A program made the translations under genes and the position numbers. Source: Selaginella moellendorffii (lineage: Eukaryota; Plantae; Lycopodiophyta). From it: 64,000 nucleotides of DNA. Shown here piece after piece: positions 10,671 to 23,644 of the stretch. The notes beneath the pieces were generated by a model that searched no databases, had not been told where the DNA came from, and worked only from the letters and a program-made list of their open reading frames with translations. The stretch's first letter is position 1. Each line of letters starts with the position of its first letter. Where the stretch lies: NCBI RefSeq assembly GCF_000143415.4, contig NW_003314298.1:1534602-1598601 (forward strand), in the 5' to 3' direction.

Positions 10671-11984
10671 ATGACGAAGGCGAGCTGCTGGACGCATCCG
10701 GCCTTCTCCCAGGTCGGAGTATGCGCGGCCTGCCTCAGGGAGCGGCTGGAGCAGCTGTGCATCGAGGAGCACTGCGGCACTCCGCCGCATCGATGCTCCT
10801 TCGACAGCAATTCCTCGGTGGCGCCGCCGCCGGAGGAGAATGGGGCGAGTGGCAATCTCGCCTCAATCTCGTCCATGATGGAGGCCGATCGAGCGGAGGC
10901 GGATTATCATCGCAATGGCGTCGAGGTACCTGTGGAGCCGCTGCCAAAGTTTGCGTCCTTCTTGCAGAGGACGCATTCTTGGTCGAGCTCTCGGCCGCAA
11001 AGGAGTGGGTTTCCAGAGGCGAGGAACTTGGATTTGGGGAAGCCGCGGACGCTGGAGAAGGTTATCAGCGGGAAAGATCTCTACGGGAATCAGTCCTTGC
11101 CACCCAGTGGATTTTTGCTCAACGAAGGGAGCTGCAAATTCGACTTCTGCGAGACGCCCAAAGGCCACTACAAGGCTTCTTCGTGGCCGGAGATTGATTC
11201 CCGCAAGCAGCAGCAGCAGCAGGGTGATCAGCACCGCATGAGCTCGTGGATCGCGTCTCTGTTTGGAATCCGGAGCAAAGCCAAGGATCCAAAAGACCCG
11301 AGAGTGTTCAAGTCAGGGGAGCTCAAGGAGAGGAAGAAGTTTTTCAGAGGTCTCGGCAGGAAGAAGAAGAACTCGGCGTCGTCCGTGGACACGAACGCGA
11401 AGCTGGAGCAGGAAGAAGCTTTTGCGAGTGGCGAGCAGCAGCAGCAGCAGCATCAGGCGAATGGAACGAGCCGGGTGATGCCGCTGGCCGGGAACGGCGA
11501 CTACAACTTCAACCACAAGCCGAGCTTGACGAACATGAGGTCTGTAAATGGAAGACAAAAGCCTCCCAGAGATTCGAGCTGGCCAAAGGCGTGGAGCACT
11601 CCACTCCGGAAGTTCATGCACAACAAGGCCGACGTCGACAACGATAGTTTGGGAGACATCGAGGAGAAGAGCTCCTGGAATGCCTCGTCTCCAGCACCGG
11701 AAGTGAAGCGCTTCCATCCATCTCCGGCGTTCCCGACGAATTCCTCGTACACGGCCTACTACCGGGACTATGGATCTTCGTGGAGTCTACACTCGAGTCC
11801 CATGCCCGGGAGTAAAGCTAGGTGGAATCAGCAGCACCACCGTGCACGGCCTTGGGAGGCGAGCAGGGACAACTTCCACTTGCATTCCTCGTCGCCGTTT
11901 CATGCGGCTGGCAGCAACACTTGGAACTTCTACTTGACACCATTGAGACCCGTGAGAAGCACGACTTCCCGGCACAGGACGTGA
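10671..11984 (+). CDS. OCTOPUS-like DUF740 protein (intronless)
   Basis: N-terminal CWTHP...GVCAACLRERL and C-terminal FYLTPLR motifs of the OPS/DUF740 family. Confidence 0.8.
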   Translation: MTKASCWTHPAFSQVGVCAACLRERLEQLCIEEHCGTPPHRCSFDSNSSVAPPPEENGASGNLASISSMMEADRAEADYHRNGVEVPVEPLPKFASFLQRTHSWSSSRPQRSGFPEARNLDLGKPRTLEKVISGKDLYGNQSLPPSGFLLNEGSCKFDFCETPKGHYKASSWPEIDSRKQQQQQGDQHRMSSWIASLFGIRSKAKDPKDPRVFKSGELKERKKFFRGLGRKKKNSASSVDTNAKLEQEEAFASGEQQQQQHQANGTSRVMPLAGNGDYNFNHKPSLTNMRSVNGRQKPPRDSSWPKAWSTPLRKFMHNKADVDNDSLGDIEEKSSWNASSPAPEVKRFHPSPAFPTNSSYTAYYRDYGSSWSLHSSPMPGSKARWNQQHHRARPWEASRDNFHLHSSSPFHAAGSNTWNFYLTPLRPVRSTTSRHRT

Positions 11985-13080
11985 TGGATCAGCAGAGCGG
12001 AAAGAGAGAAAAAAAGAGCCGCTTGGTGGATGCGTCGCGTTCCTCGTCGACTTGGGATCTTTGAGAGGTATGAAAAGTCAAGCTTGCTTTCGTTTTTTCG
12101 TGCGAATGCTTAGCATGTAAAGCTGGTGAATGGCAGTGTGTCAGCAGAGGAGCGGCGATACATATTTTGCCAAAGCCAACAGCAGCTCGTAACTACAAAG
12201 CAGAGGCAGTAATGGTGCTCAGTGCTCGTCCGCTGGCCGGGCCGGGAAGAACGAAAAGAAGGGATCGAAAAAGGATGCTATCAGGACAAAGCCATGGGCC
12301 CGGTCAGTGTGATGGATAAAGGCTTTGGCAGCGTGTAAAGTGTAGCAGCAACAACACCACCACCAGCAACAGTAGCAGCAACAGCAGAAGCAGCAGGAAT
12401 TATCAATGCGGGTCGGGTTAGAGCGAGCGAAGCCATCAATCAATCAGCGCTGGTACGCCCTCCTGGCCGAGATGCCGAAGAAGAAAAGTCCATGCTGAGC
12501 TGAGCTGAGCCATGGTGGTACTAGCACTGCCTGGGATACTACGGATCGTTCGACAAAGCGCACAGCACTACTGCTACTGGTCCAAGAAAAAAGAAGACAA
12601 GGGAAGCACGGCATTGGTTGGAATCTGATGCACAAGGTTTGGGTGGAGCAGCACAGCACGGCTTGCAGATATTTTTTGGGATTCTGGGAGAGAGGTGTTC
12701 TAGTGTCAGTCGGGCAGGCAGGCGGTAAGAACACGAAGAACACGACCCATTCTTTTCTTCTTCGTTTTAGTGAGGCCGGGCTTTTCGTTTTCGATCGATC
12801 GATGTTGGTGGGCTTGTTGGTGGTGGCATGATCGTCGTCTTGGTCGACTTTGGTGGGATGTGACTTTCTCGATCTCACTCCATCTCTCTCACAGTGACAC
12901 TGTGCCAAAGCAAAGAAAATGCTAAAATTTCATTCATTCAAACGAAGACCATGACGAGGAAAAGTGGAAAAGAAAGAGGAGCGTGAAAGCGAAGGGATTG
13001 CCTTGGAAGCGAGGAAATCAATTCGCCAGGGGACAAGGACAACTCCAGAAGCATATTCCCTTAATTTAAACTAGCAGCAT

Positions 13081-13195
13081 TTTCGGTTCTGTTAGTGCCC
13101 TAAAAGCACCCCGTTTAAACCAGTAGCGTATTCGGTTCTGTTACTGGTGCCCCAAAAGCACCCCGTTTAAACTGGTAGTATATTCGGTTCGGTTA
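13081..13195. repeat. Tandem minisatellite, unit about 48-50 bp, about 2.3 copies
   Basis: TTCGGTTCTGTTA(CT)(G)GTGCCC(T/C)AAAAGCACCCCGTTTAAAC repeated. Confidence 0.8.
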
Positions 13196-13732
13196 AATGC
13201 ACAGCATAGCATATTCGGCATTTTAAACTTGGGTCCCGCCGAAAAAGTAAAGGAGTCTCGATCTTTGGCTGTGAGCCGTCGATTCGTCACGTTCCCCGCC
13301 AAAAGCGCCACGTGCGAGCGATGGATGGGGCGGGGATGGACGGCATGGATGCGCGGCTTTCGTGGCTTGGAGTGGCCCCGCCCACATTGTGGGAGAGAGA
13401 AGAGAAGGAGAGAGACGCGCTGGCGCTGGTGCTGGCTAGGGCAGAGGAGCAATGCGTCCGCTGGAGCGTCACGACGGCGATAGCGACAGTGGAGAGGGGG
13501 AGATGTTGCTGTAGGGAGCGACGCCATATCGATCGATTCTTCTGGCGCGCCATCGCCATGGCCGGCAGCAGCACTGGAATTCTTCGCGGATTTCCAAGTC
13601 GCCGGGAGACGTCATGCGATTCCAACTGATCCTGCGCCTTCGTCACCGATCCAAGTAAGTGATCGTGAGAGATCGCGAGAATTTCTTCCTTTCTCTCGAG
13701 CTCGAGCTCGAGCGTAATATTTTGATCCAGGG

Positions 13733-15508
13733 ATGAGGAGGAAGACGCACGCTCGATGGAGGGTTGGAGCTCTAGTTGTGATAGCGGCGCTGGTAGTCTT
13801 TCTCGTGTGGCTGAAATCTCGTGTCGCCTCGTCGATCCGTCGCCAGGAAGAAGCCGCCGATCCGTCGGGATTTCCGGGTTTCTCCGTGGAGATCAAACCG
13901 AAGCTGGCGTTTCTTTTTCTCGCCCGGAATCGAATGCCCCTTGACTTCCTGTGGCAGCGCTTCTTCGAGGTGAGAAATTCGTGAATTCGAGCGATGAAAC
14001 GCTCGGTTCTAACACTTTTTTTTTCTTGTTCTTCTCTTTGCAGGGTGCCAAAGACCACGAGTTTAGTGTCTATATACACGCGAGGCCAGGGTTTGTGTAC
14101 AATAAAGAAACAACTGATTGCATTTACTTCTACAATCGACAGTTGCCAAATAGCATTCTGGTACGATCGATCCACATTCTTGTCACGATCTTTATCTCTT
14201 CTTTGGTTTGTTCTCGCAGGTTGAATGGGGTGAAGCAAGCATGATAGAGGCGGAGCGTTTATTGCTTGCCAAGGCTTTCGAAGACAGCAGCAACGAAAGA
14301 TTTCTGTTGTTATCCGAGAGGTATGGCGTAGATTTTTCGGTATCCAGAGAAGCTTACTTGGATTTTACAGTTGCGTACCCTTGTACAGTTTTACGTTCAT
14401 ATACGAGTATTTGATGGCTTCACCTAAAAGTTTTGTAGACAGGTGAGCCACCAAACTTTTTCCATTTTCCGCTGACAAACGGTGTTGTTGTGCCCGTCTG
14501 TGATGCCCAGTTTTAGAGACCGAAAGGAAAACAGATACAACCCCGTGATGGCTCCAGTCATCTCAAGAGCGAACTGGAGAAAGGGATCACAGGTTCGTCC
14601 GTAGATATTCGAGATGCTTTGGTAACACCATGTTTGGATGCCAGTGGTTTGTGCTTCTTCGCAAGCATGCGGAGGCAGTAGCCCGTGATCAGGAAATCTT
14701 TCTCCGTTTTCGCGACCATTGCAAGGTTTGTTCATAGCTCCGTTGTTACATTAGTGTGACTCAGATGATTAACTTTGCAGAGAGGTGCATTGCCGGAGTT
14801 TTGGAGGGAATACAGTGTGGTAAAGCACAGCTTTCCAAGTTCTTTGCTTTTGTAGAGTTAATTGGTTTGTTTGTTTTGGCAGAGTGCATACAGGCAGTCA
14901 GGAAGGAACTGTGTGCCGGATGAGCATTACATCCAAACTGTTCTTTCGGTAAACTTACCTTCTTTACGATTTGCGTGCCAGTCCTAATCCATTTGTCTTG
15001 CTGGTTGTTACTGTAGATTAAAGGTTTCGACGACGAACTTGAGCGTCGATCCTTGACATATAGCCTTTGGAAGTACGCTGGTCGGCGGAGGGAGCGTCAA
15101 GGATGGCATCCAGTCACCTTCTCGGATGCATCGATGAAGCTAGTCCGGGAGATCCAGGTCAGTATCTTCCCTCTAAACTCCACTCACAGATATTAGATAT
15201 CACCATAGCTGAGATTGGATTCGCCTCGTCCAGGCCATTGACAACATCAAATTCGAGACTGAGGGGCGAGTGGAATGGTGCAGTGTGGCTGGCGATCCTC
15301 GGGCGTGCTTCTTGTTTGGACGCAAGTTTACCAAAGCCGCTGGGCTGAAGCTCTTGAACATGGTAAGTGGATCAAATTTTTGACTCTTTTTTCCCTCTAA
15401 GTTTGGCGAGGTGAAAATGTTCTACAGACTTTAGCCGATGATCCTGACAGCATGCATTTATACCACGATAAAACACGGAAGAAATTACCACTGGTGCAAT
15501 CGTCGTGA
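13733..15508 (+). CDS. Core-2/I-branching GT14-like DUF266 glycosyltransferase (BC10-like), multi-exon
   Basis: Type II TM anchor, KLAFLFLARNRMPLDFLW, WGEASMIEAERLLL, RFLLLSESCVP, WRKGSQWFVL, CVPDEHYIQT, WHPVTF, CFLFGRKF. A 5'UTR intron lies near 13655-13730. Confidence 0.9.
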
Positions 15509-15795
15509 TGCACGGAGGAAAAGTTAGAAAAGAAAATTCAATGAAAATGTGATTACTGTTGATCCCTGTCTTAACAACATGGAATATCCTGAGCGAACGG
15601 CCACGATGTGAAGGGCGGAATCGACGGCTCTTAAGGCACTAGAGACCATAGTGAGTTCCAACGTTTGATTGTGACGCTGCGCGGCGAGAGGGGGGAAGAG
15701 AGTTGTTCTCTTTCTTGTTGATCTTATTTGATCTTCCTTTCTCCGAAAAATTCCTTGGCGATCCGCTGAGAGATTTATTTCGGCGCTGGGTTTCG

Positions 15796-16836
15796 ATGAG
15801 AGGCGCTGTCCAGAGCAGTGGCGGCGTGCTGGGCACGGCTCGAAAGAATTTGTGGAGTTTTCTCAGCCTCCGGAGAAACCAGCAAGTGAGTTTGTCTTTG
15901 ATTCTTTCAAGGAATGAAGTGGGATTTGCTTGGCAGACAGTTCTTGAGCAAGAGGTATCGTCCCTCAAGGACGAAATCCATGGCGTAGAAATCCGCGAAT
16001 CCACGCTTCAAGTCAGGTACCTAGTTCCTTTTCTCACGTCTCGTCGTTGCAACGTTTTCTTTCTCTTTTGGTTTTTCCATTTGCGCTCCGTGTAAAGACT
16101 AGATCATTTGGATTCATTGCTGAGATCGGCTGAGATCGCTTGCTACTTGTTCACTCGATTGGTAATTGAAAATCTCAAAGTTTTTTCTTTCTTGGTTTCT
16201 CTCTTCTTTTTTTTTTTCTTTTTTTTCTTTTTTTGTGTTCTTCGACTGAATGGATGACGAACTTCCATGCTAGGTGCTGCCAGAGATGGGCACCGCTGCC
16301 TGGAGAAGAAGCTCCTCCGCTCGACGACTCGGACGTGAATGACTGGGTGCAAAGATTTCTCGTCTTCCAAAACTCCACCATCGGATTCTACCTCCGAGCA
16401 ACCGGTAATAAAGTTGTGATCGCTTTGTACAAACGAAGAGCTCGTTCGAAACGTGGTGTTCTTCCCAGACTTGAGGCCCCAAGTTACGATCCAGATGCAC
16501 GATATCGTGGAAGCAGGAAAGATTCCAGCTGACAAGCACCATACAGGCGATAAAAGCTGGTTTGCGTTTCATGTCACAACGTGCTATGGGCTCCGCCTCG
16601 AGTGTTCCACATTACACGAGCACCAGGTATTCATTCATTCACTCGTCTCTTTCTCGAAAATTCTTCCATCATCACCACCCAAAAAAAATCCTCTCGTTTT
16701 TTTTTTCTTCCTTTTCTTGTGTCTGCTATTTCAGCTGGACGCTTGGTTGCGAGCGCTCGCAAGTTTGAGCGATGATCAGCCAATATCAAACGAAGAACAT
16801 CAAGGATCATTGAATGGCAAGTTTCCTGAATTGTGA
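15796..16836 (+). CDS. Plant coiled-coil plus PH-like domain protein, multi-exon
   Basis: Spliced reading gives a coiled-coil (LEQEVSSLKDEI..LDHLDSLLR), RWAPLPGE..PPLDDSDVNDWVQRFLV, FHVTTCYGLRLECST and the PH C-terminal helix QLDAWLRAL. Confidence 0.75.
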
Positions 16837-17080
16837 CACGAGATGTTCCTATATATTTTTGTTTTTGTGAACCTTTACACTTGTGAGCCCATGACGAAAC
16901 AAAATAAAAAGAAGAATATCTATTGAAGGAATCTTAGAGCGTCGGTGCAAGGCAACAAAGTCTTCTAAAAAATTCTCTTCTCATTTAAATCGATGAATAG
17001 ACAGTGTTTGGTTTCTCTTAGGATAAAATGATCAGCATTTTTTATAAACTTCCTTGTCCAAAACTGTTGCAAGTTTCTGA

Positions 17081-20000
17081 TCAATCAGCTACTGCTTTTC
17101 CTCCAGACCAATTCCCAATCTCTGTTAGTACCTCATCGTCATCCTGGGAATAAGAAAAACTTGCCTTGTCACCACGGCCACGCAGGCCACGCTCATTGTC
17201 AACGTCTTCTCTTCCTCTCACTGGCGTAACGTTTTCCTTCGTCTTGCGAGTAAAAGGACAGTATGGACTTCCCTTCTTGCGGCACTTGTGGCATTTAAAC
17301 GCGTCAACTCGAGCAATGTTGCTCGAGGTGATACCAACAGCTCTACCATGGAACCACTCTAGCAAAAGGAAGGAGAAAGAAACCATCGTCAGTAAAGCTA
17401 GGACGAGAAATAGCTTGGGAGAGTACCTTGGCAGTGTTCACAGCCGATATACAAGAGCTTTGCGTCGTATGGTTGCTCGCAAATCGCACAGCGAAGGCCT
17501 CCCCCATCGAGCTTTTGGCCGGGATACACCACCATGTCGCGCCTGAAAGTGAGCTTCTTGTCCAGTTTCCACCTCACACCGCTACTGTTGCCGGGCCTCT
17601 TGGATCGTCTCTTCCGGATCACAGCGGCTCTAAATGCCGGGGCCGTCACGGCCAGTTTCTTCCTTCGGGAGTAAACGAGCAGGACCGGTCTGTCTTTCAC
17701 TGCTGCTTCTGGCGGAGATTCTTCTGCCGTGTCTAGCAATCTGCGGCTTCTTTTGGTGCTTTGCTTCGTGGTGAAACAGCTCTGGCACAGGCCGGTCTTT
17801 CCGCTCAAGCATTGTTTATGAAAGTCACCTATAACACGGTGTCGCAAAATTAAAATCGAAGAGCAAGTACACAGAATAATAGAAAAAGAGAAGGAAAGCG
17901 TACCTTGACACTCTTGGCAGCTCACAGTGTCACTGCGTGTCAACATAGAAAATGGAGTCAGCTTATTGACAGTTGGAAAGGAAGTACAGTACCTGGCAGC
18001 CAAATCCATATTGCAGTGTTCACACCTGAGTGCCTTCTTCTTGGAATGAAGCCTGTTGAGGATAGCTTTAAGCTTGGTACTCTTTGAAACTCTAGCTCTT
18101 TCTCCCTTCCGGACGGCTGCTGGTTTTTTCGGCTGCATGAAGCGGCGCCTTTTTTCCTCGAACTCCCTCACCAAGCACAAAGGTACTTCCGTTTCCGGCA
18201 GCCACACACTGTTGGTACTGGCGCTCTCTTCTCCCGCAAGTGCATTCACGAACTTGGAGGCGCAGTTCACAACGTCAGGCTTCAAGGCCTCCGTTAACTC
18301 GTCTTCCGTTTTAGACGTCTCAACTCGGTACTTGGTAATATCATCTTCCATAGCTTTCTCCCGTATGATAAATTCTCCGAACGAGGTTTTAACTTCGTCG
18401 GGGACCGGGAGTTCGGACCATCTGATTAAAGCATCGAGAGAGCGGACCTGCACAAACTGGGGTCAAGCACGGAAATGTAAATTCCTAAGAGTAGAACCTG
18501 TATCGCAAGTTCTGATACACTAAAACTAGCTTCCACCCTCGCGAGCCAAGCACATTGCACGGTTCTACGAGGCAGCTCGAAATAATCATTATATATAAGT
18601 CCAGGAACTTTTCTCATGCCACCTGCAGCAAGCAGAAAAATGACGTGATTTTTATAGTGAAAAGCCAAATTGGAAGTTCTAACCTTGCCGACCAGCCCGT
18701 TTCAACGCTGCAACCGGAAGAGTTTCCCAGTCCAAAATCCTCCTCACAAGTTTACCACCTCGGCGCCATTGAACACCACAAGTACCCCCGCCAGGAAATA
18801 TCTTGATAGGATCATCGGCTTGTACTTTCTTTCGACGCCTTCCACCACTTTTCTTCAGCGAGGATACGAAAACATTGCCGTTTACTGTACCCAGCCTGGG
18901 GGCGTCCTCGGCACATATCGACCAGTTTCTTGAAAGAGCCAAGGGTCTCAGGCTTGATCCAAGCTGTGCAGCAGCAAACGTAAACTTTCAGTCGATCTAC
19001 AAATCCTGTACAAAAAATATACTTCACCTCAAGTAACCCCAACTTCACTTGATGAACATGCGCCGCGCAGTCAAGGCGTCTCCGCCAGCGATTTCGTTGG
19101 TCGGTGCTTTCCCATAATCCCCCCAGCAAGCCGTACAAGCGATCTTCCATGTACAATACATATGCGATCAAAGCTGGAAGGTGGTTTATGCCTTTCTTGA
19201 TAAGCCGTAATCCTCCAGTAACAATAGCTGCACCCGCGCAAAGCTTCCCCGCTGCAGTATTGAGGAGGCATCCCTTCTTCCTGCTGAGGTTTTTGCACGC
19301 GAAACACCAGCCGCACCTGTCCTTTGCAGTTTCCGCACGCTTCTTCTTCAAACTGGGCCAATAGAACTGTACAGGTGTCCGAGAAAAAGCCTTTATCTGC
19401 TCGAAAATCTGAGTTTTCTGGACCGCAGCACGCCTGTTTGTTGATTTCTCGGCCAGGTTGGAGGCTGCCAATGCCGATAGTCCTCCTTGAGAATACTGGT
19501 TGACGTAAGAGCTAGCTTCATAGAAACTTTCGTGCATCCCTGTGCATCTGCTCAGTTTTGAGGAGCCAAACGGCTTGTCCGTTGTGACTAGTTCATCTTC
19601 TGCGGAGCCGTTGAGGACGCAAATTGTGTCTTGGATCGGACTTAACAAAGCGTCATTCTTCGGGGCCGAGTTCTCGGAAAGGTTCCAGCACTGCATGATG
19701 CTTGTTCTTAAGCTAGCAGAAAGAGCTCCAGTTGAATCCAGAAGATCCAAAACGCTCGAGATGTCCCCAGGACCATAGCATACGTAACTGGAGTCAAGAC
19801 TTGAAGATTCCGATCTGCAATGAATGAAATTAGTAGCTGTAGTCACTGAAAGATGAGAACTTACATAAAGAGATGTTCACACGCTGCAATGTATCTTCGC
19901 CCGTAAGTGTCTATACCAAAACACTCGAATCCCCTCACGACTTTCCGAGCCCTGGTTACTTCCGTTGCGATCTTTTGAAGCGTACACTCTGGACAGTACC

Positions 20001-21587
20001 AGTCTCCTTCAGGAAGAGTACTCTTGGAAACTCCCACGCACCGAGAATGATAAGCAGCAGGACAACCATCACAGCAGATGAGGTTGCCGTCCATCCCGCA
20101 AAGCACACAATCATCACTGTTCCAGTCTGATGTGTGTTTCTGTTCTGTCGGTTCTGTTCTGTGTGACGTTGGAGGATCAACCAGCTCGGATGTATCACTC
20201 GGGCTACTTTTCCGTGAGCGTCTCGTCTCTCGCTTTGTCGGCTGCTCCAAGTAACTATCTTCGACACTACCCTTCACTAACGGATCCAAATCGCTGTCCC
20301 CGTTGCTTCTCTTTGCTAGCTCCGATCTAACCTCATCCGTATCCAGTACACGGTCGCAGAGAAAGCTGAGTATATCTATCTTACTCCCAACCTCCAGCCC
20401 GTAGTACTCCCTTCTAAGAATGCCGATGTCTAAAAGCCTCTCCTTCCCTTCGTTTCTATAGTTTCCGTTGACAAGGTAAGCAATCAAGTACGAAGGCCAT
20501 GCAACTGCGTCAAGCAACGTCCAATCACGGCACCTGCGACAAAACGAAAACTAGACTACGCAAAAAAAAAGTAAGGAAACAAAGCATACCTCAAACAGTT
20601 GATTGCTGACTCAATACCATCGCTGGCTAAGCTTTCGAGATGCTGCCTTAGCAGAACAAGTAAACTCAAGTGAATCTGATCGACGAGAGGATTGGCCTCC
20701 TTCAGTGTCAAGCAGCAAATAAATTGTTGAAGCGAAAACGGGCTCAGGAAGATCACCCAGCTGAACGACCGGAGAAAGGTGAAAGCCGAAAAGAGATGAA
20801 AAACAGACTCTGTCGGGATGTTTAAGTTCACTGAACTTGGCGGCAACGCGGGAACGTTTAAGTCCGTTTCCTCCGTCTTGTGGCACTCTACTTCCTCTCT
20901 AGCAGCAGGACCCCCGTCAACTTTAACCCTGTCCATCAATTGCTCTTTCTGTTTTCTCTCAGCACCGTCGTCAACTTTAATCCTGTCCATCACTTGCTCT
21001 TCCTGTTTTCTCCTTTGCTGGAGTCTCAGCGGATACTCTCTATCAGCTAAGCTTGATTTTCTCCGGTGAGCTACAGGCTTGAGAGGCTTGTTCTTCTCTT
21101 CTTCGTCCTTCTCCAAAATTTTGGTTTCTTCTTCTTTAGTTTCCTGTCCTTCCTCCTTCGTTTCTTCCTCTTTCTCGAGCACTTTTTCTTCTTGACGAGG
21201 CTTCTTCCTGGGCCTGCCTCTGGGTCTTTTTCCTGGCTCGCTTTCCGGCCGATGCCTCTTCAAAGCCTTGGCAACCTCCCAGGCAACAAGGTCCTTATAA
21301 TTCATCGCTTGGATAAGCTCCCCATTTGTTCCATTAGCGTCCGCGATTTTCCTCGGACGTCCTCTGGAACGCTTTGGAGGAGCACCACTGTCACTGCCAC
21401 AATCTACGAGAATTTCCCGAAGCTCATGGAGCTCCACCTCCTCCCTGTCCCCGTCGGCGTACTTCACCCTGAAATATTTGCTCGATTTGTCATAGGCCAC
21501 CACTGTCCCACCGAAATATCCATGCCCCTGGAAATACTTCCTCACCGATCTTCCCACGAGCTCGGCATTGTCCTCCTCCTCTTCCAT
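17081..21587 (-). CDS. PTM: DDT-PHD chromatin protein, PTM/DDP-like, multi-exon
   Basis: N-terminal Tudor-like LVGRSVRKYF..YADGDREE, two AT-hooks (RGRPR), DDT (FTFLRSFSWVIFLSPFSLQQF), WHIM1, PHD (NSDDCVLCGMDGNLICCDGCPAAYH), DRCGWCFAC and a C-terminal PHD. Confidence 0.9.
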
Positions 21588-21929
21588 GGCCCCGATCGGC
21601 AGAAGAAGCTCAAGGATTTCTGTTCCCGCGGCTCAAATCCCGCATTGCCGCCAGTTCTAAGCGCTAGAAACCTAGAAAAATCTGTGACAGCACCTGGCGA
21701 TTCGGTCGATTAATCGCTTCTCCGCCGGCGCCAAGGGCGCGCCGCGCCTCCCAGCTCGCCAATCTTCGCGATCACAAGCATTAGGTTTTTACGCTTTTCT
21801 CCCTTGATCGTCTGTTGCCACGTGGATGACGCTTGGCCGTCCGATCAAGGAGGCGGCAAAACGGAGCCATTGCTATGGCGCATCCTTGATGATCGAAAGC
21901 TCTTCGCATTCTCTTTTTCTTATTTAGCG

Positions 21930-23461
21930 ATGGCGCCAGAGATGCGCGTTCTCGTCACTGCCTATTCCTCTCCATCAGGTACGATTTCTCTTTGCCTAGG
22001 CACGAAAAAGAGGTTTTTCTCCATGAGTTTGGAGCTCTTATCTCGCAAAACTTTTTTTTCCTATCGTTTCAGAGGAGCAATTAGATGGGTCTCTTGTTCA
22101 TCCAAATGCTGGTAAGAGCGACATCTAGAACGAAGGTTTCCTCCAAGATTTTAGAACTCACCTCGCGAAAAAACCAATGCAGATGAGCAAATCGATGGGT
22201 CTTTTGTTCATCTTCGACACCCGAAGTCTGGTAAGTGTATGACAACTTTTTCGTTTTTTTCCGAGCGCGAAATCTTATATTTGTTCTTTCCAGGGACTAA
22301 AGCTTGTTATCTTTTGATAAATGGAACTCTCCAAGAACTCAACTGGTTCAAGCCTCGTTATTCTTCTTGGTTTATCGGAGACTCAGTGTGTGAAGGTTTA
22401 AGATCTCGCTTTCAAACTCTCGATTTTCCACTAACTTCTTTCACATCCATTTCAGATGGAAGCTTGTATTTGGGATCGGTGGTCGATCCTCTCTTCATGG
22501 TTTTACCGCTGCTGGAAGAGTCACGAATGACAAAGGTAGAGAAAAATGGAGTTCGTGTCTAAAGCTGTTCCGAGAAATTCTCTTTTGCTGCCATTTAGAA
22601 AGCTGACGAGGGCGGCTTGTTCAGAACGTTGGAGGACATGATCTACGTTGAAAACTTTCCTTGCTATTCTCGCATCATCCCACTTTTGCCTGGAACACTC
22701 GATGCTATCTGTGACTCTCGAGGTATTCCACCAAGTGTTTTATGTTTTTTTTTTTTATTGATCGATTCTCTAGAGCTACAAGAGACGAGGTACTACAGAC
22801 TGAACGATAACAAGGTTCTGGGATGGCTTTCTTGTAAGGTAAAGATATCTTAAATATTTTGTTGCTTTTTTCTTTGCACGAATCTCTTCTTAAAGCTTTG
22901 TTTGTAGGTAGAGCAGACGTCAGAAGCATTAAAACTTCATGGTTTTCAAGGCCTTGAAGATCACGAACTCAGTAAGCACAGTGATTTCTGTTCATTTTCA
23001 TGGGAGTTTCGTGTGTGTGTGTGTGTGTGTGTGTTTCACCTCAGAGATTTATTCCATTGGATTGCTTGGAGAATACGTGAAAAGCGAGCCTTGGCTGCAG
23101 CGGCTTTGCAACCATTTCTCGTGAGTAAAATCTCCTCGTTCGAAACGTTTTTGCTGAAAGAAACTCATTGTTTTTATAATTTGCTCAAAGGGTCGATTTG
23201 GAAGCTTGTAGCAAATCGAAGAAAGCATCTATGCCTGGGAGTGTGGTCCCATCACAACCATTTCGCGTAAGCGTTTAGGCCTCGGTCTTTGTTTCTTACA
23301 TCTAGATTCGACCGACACAACTTAACACCTCACAATTTTTTCTTTCGTTGCACTTTCAGGCCAAGCAAAGCTCCACCTCCAGCAACAAAAAGACGAAGAA
23401 AGTACCAGCGGCTAGCGCAGGAACCTCTAAGATCACAAGCTTTTTCGCAAGGCCGCGCTAG
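21930..23461 (+). CDS. RNASEH2B: Ribonuclease H2 subunit B, multi-exon
   Basis: LRHPKSG..CYLL..LQELNWFK..YSSWFIGDSVCEDGSLYL..VDPLF, YYRLNDNKVLGWL and a C-terminal PIP box SKITSFF. Confidence 0.9.
23011..23033. repeat. (GT)n microsatellite in an RNase H2B intron
   Basis: About 11 perfect GT units. Confidence 0.9.
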
Positions 23462-23644
23462 AGATCGATTGAAGGATTTGTAAAAGAGTAAAATGATACA
23501 ATTGTAATGTCAGGTGACAGACAAGTTAAGTTTTTCATACAGACAATGTAGATTTTTCTCGTCCGTCTTCTTGTATGATGTAATGCTACAACTGTCTGTT
23601 TTCTTATATGGTGTATTGTGATCATACCAAAACTCGTAGTACCA

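Noticed and set aside
12440-12515. miR390/TAS3- or miR160-like sites
   Set aside because: Only short partial matches (CCCTCCTG), with no hairpin or tasiARF seen.
13081-13195. CRISPR-like repeat
   Set aside because: Contiguous tandem units without spacers, in a eukaryotic context with no cas genes.
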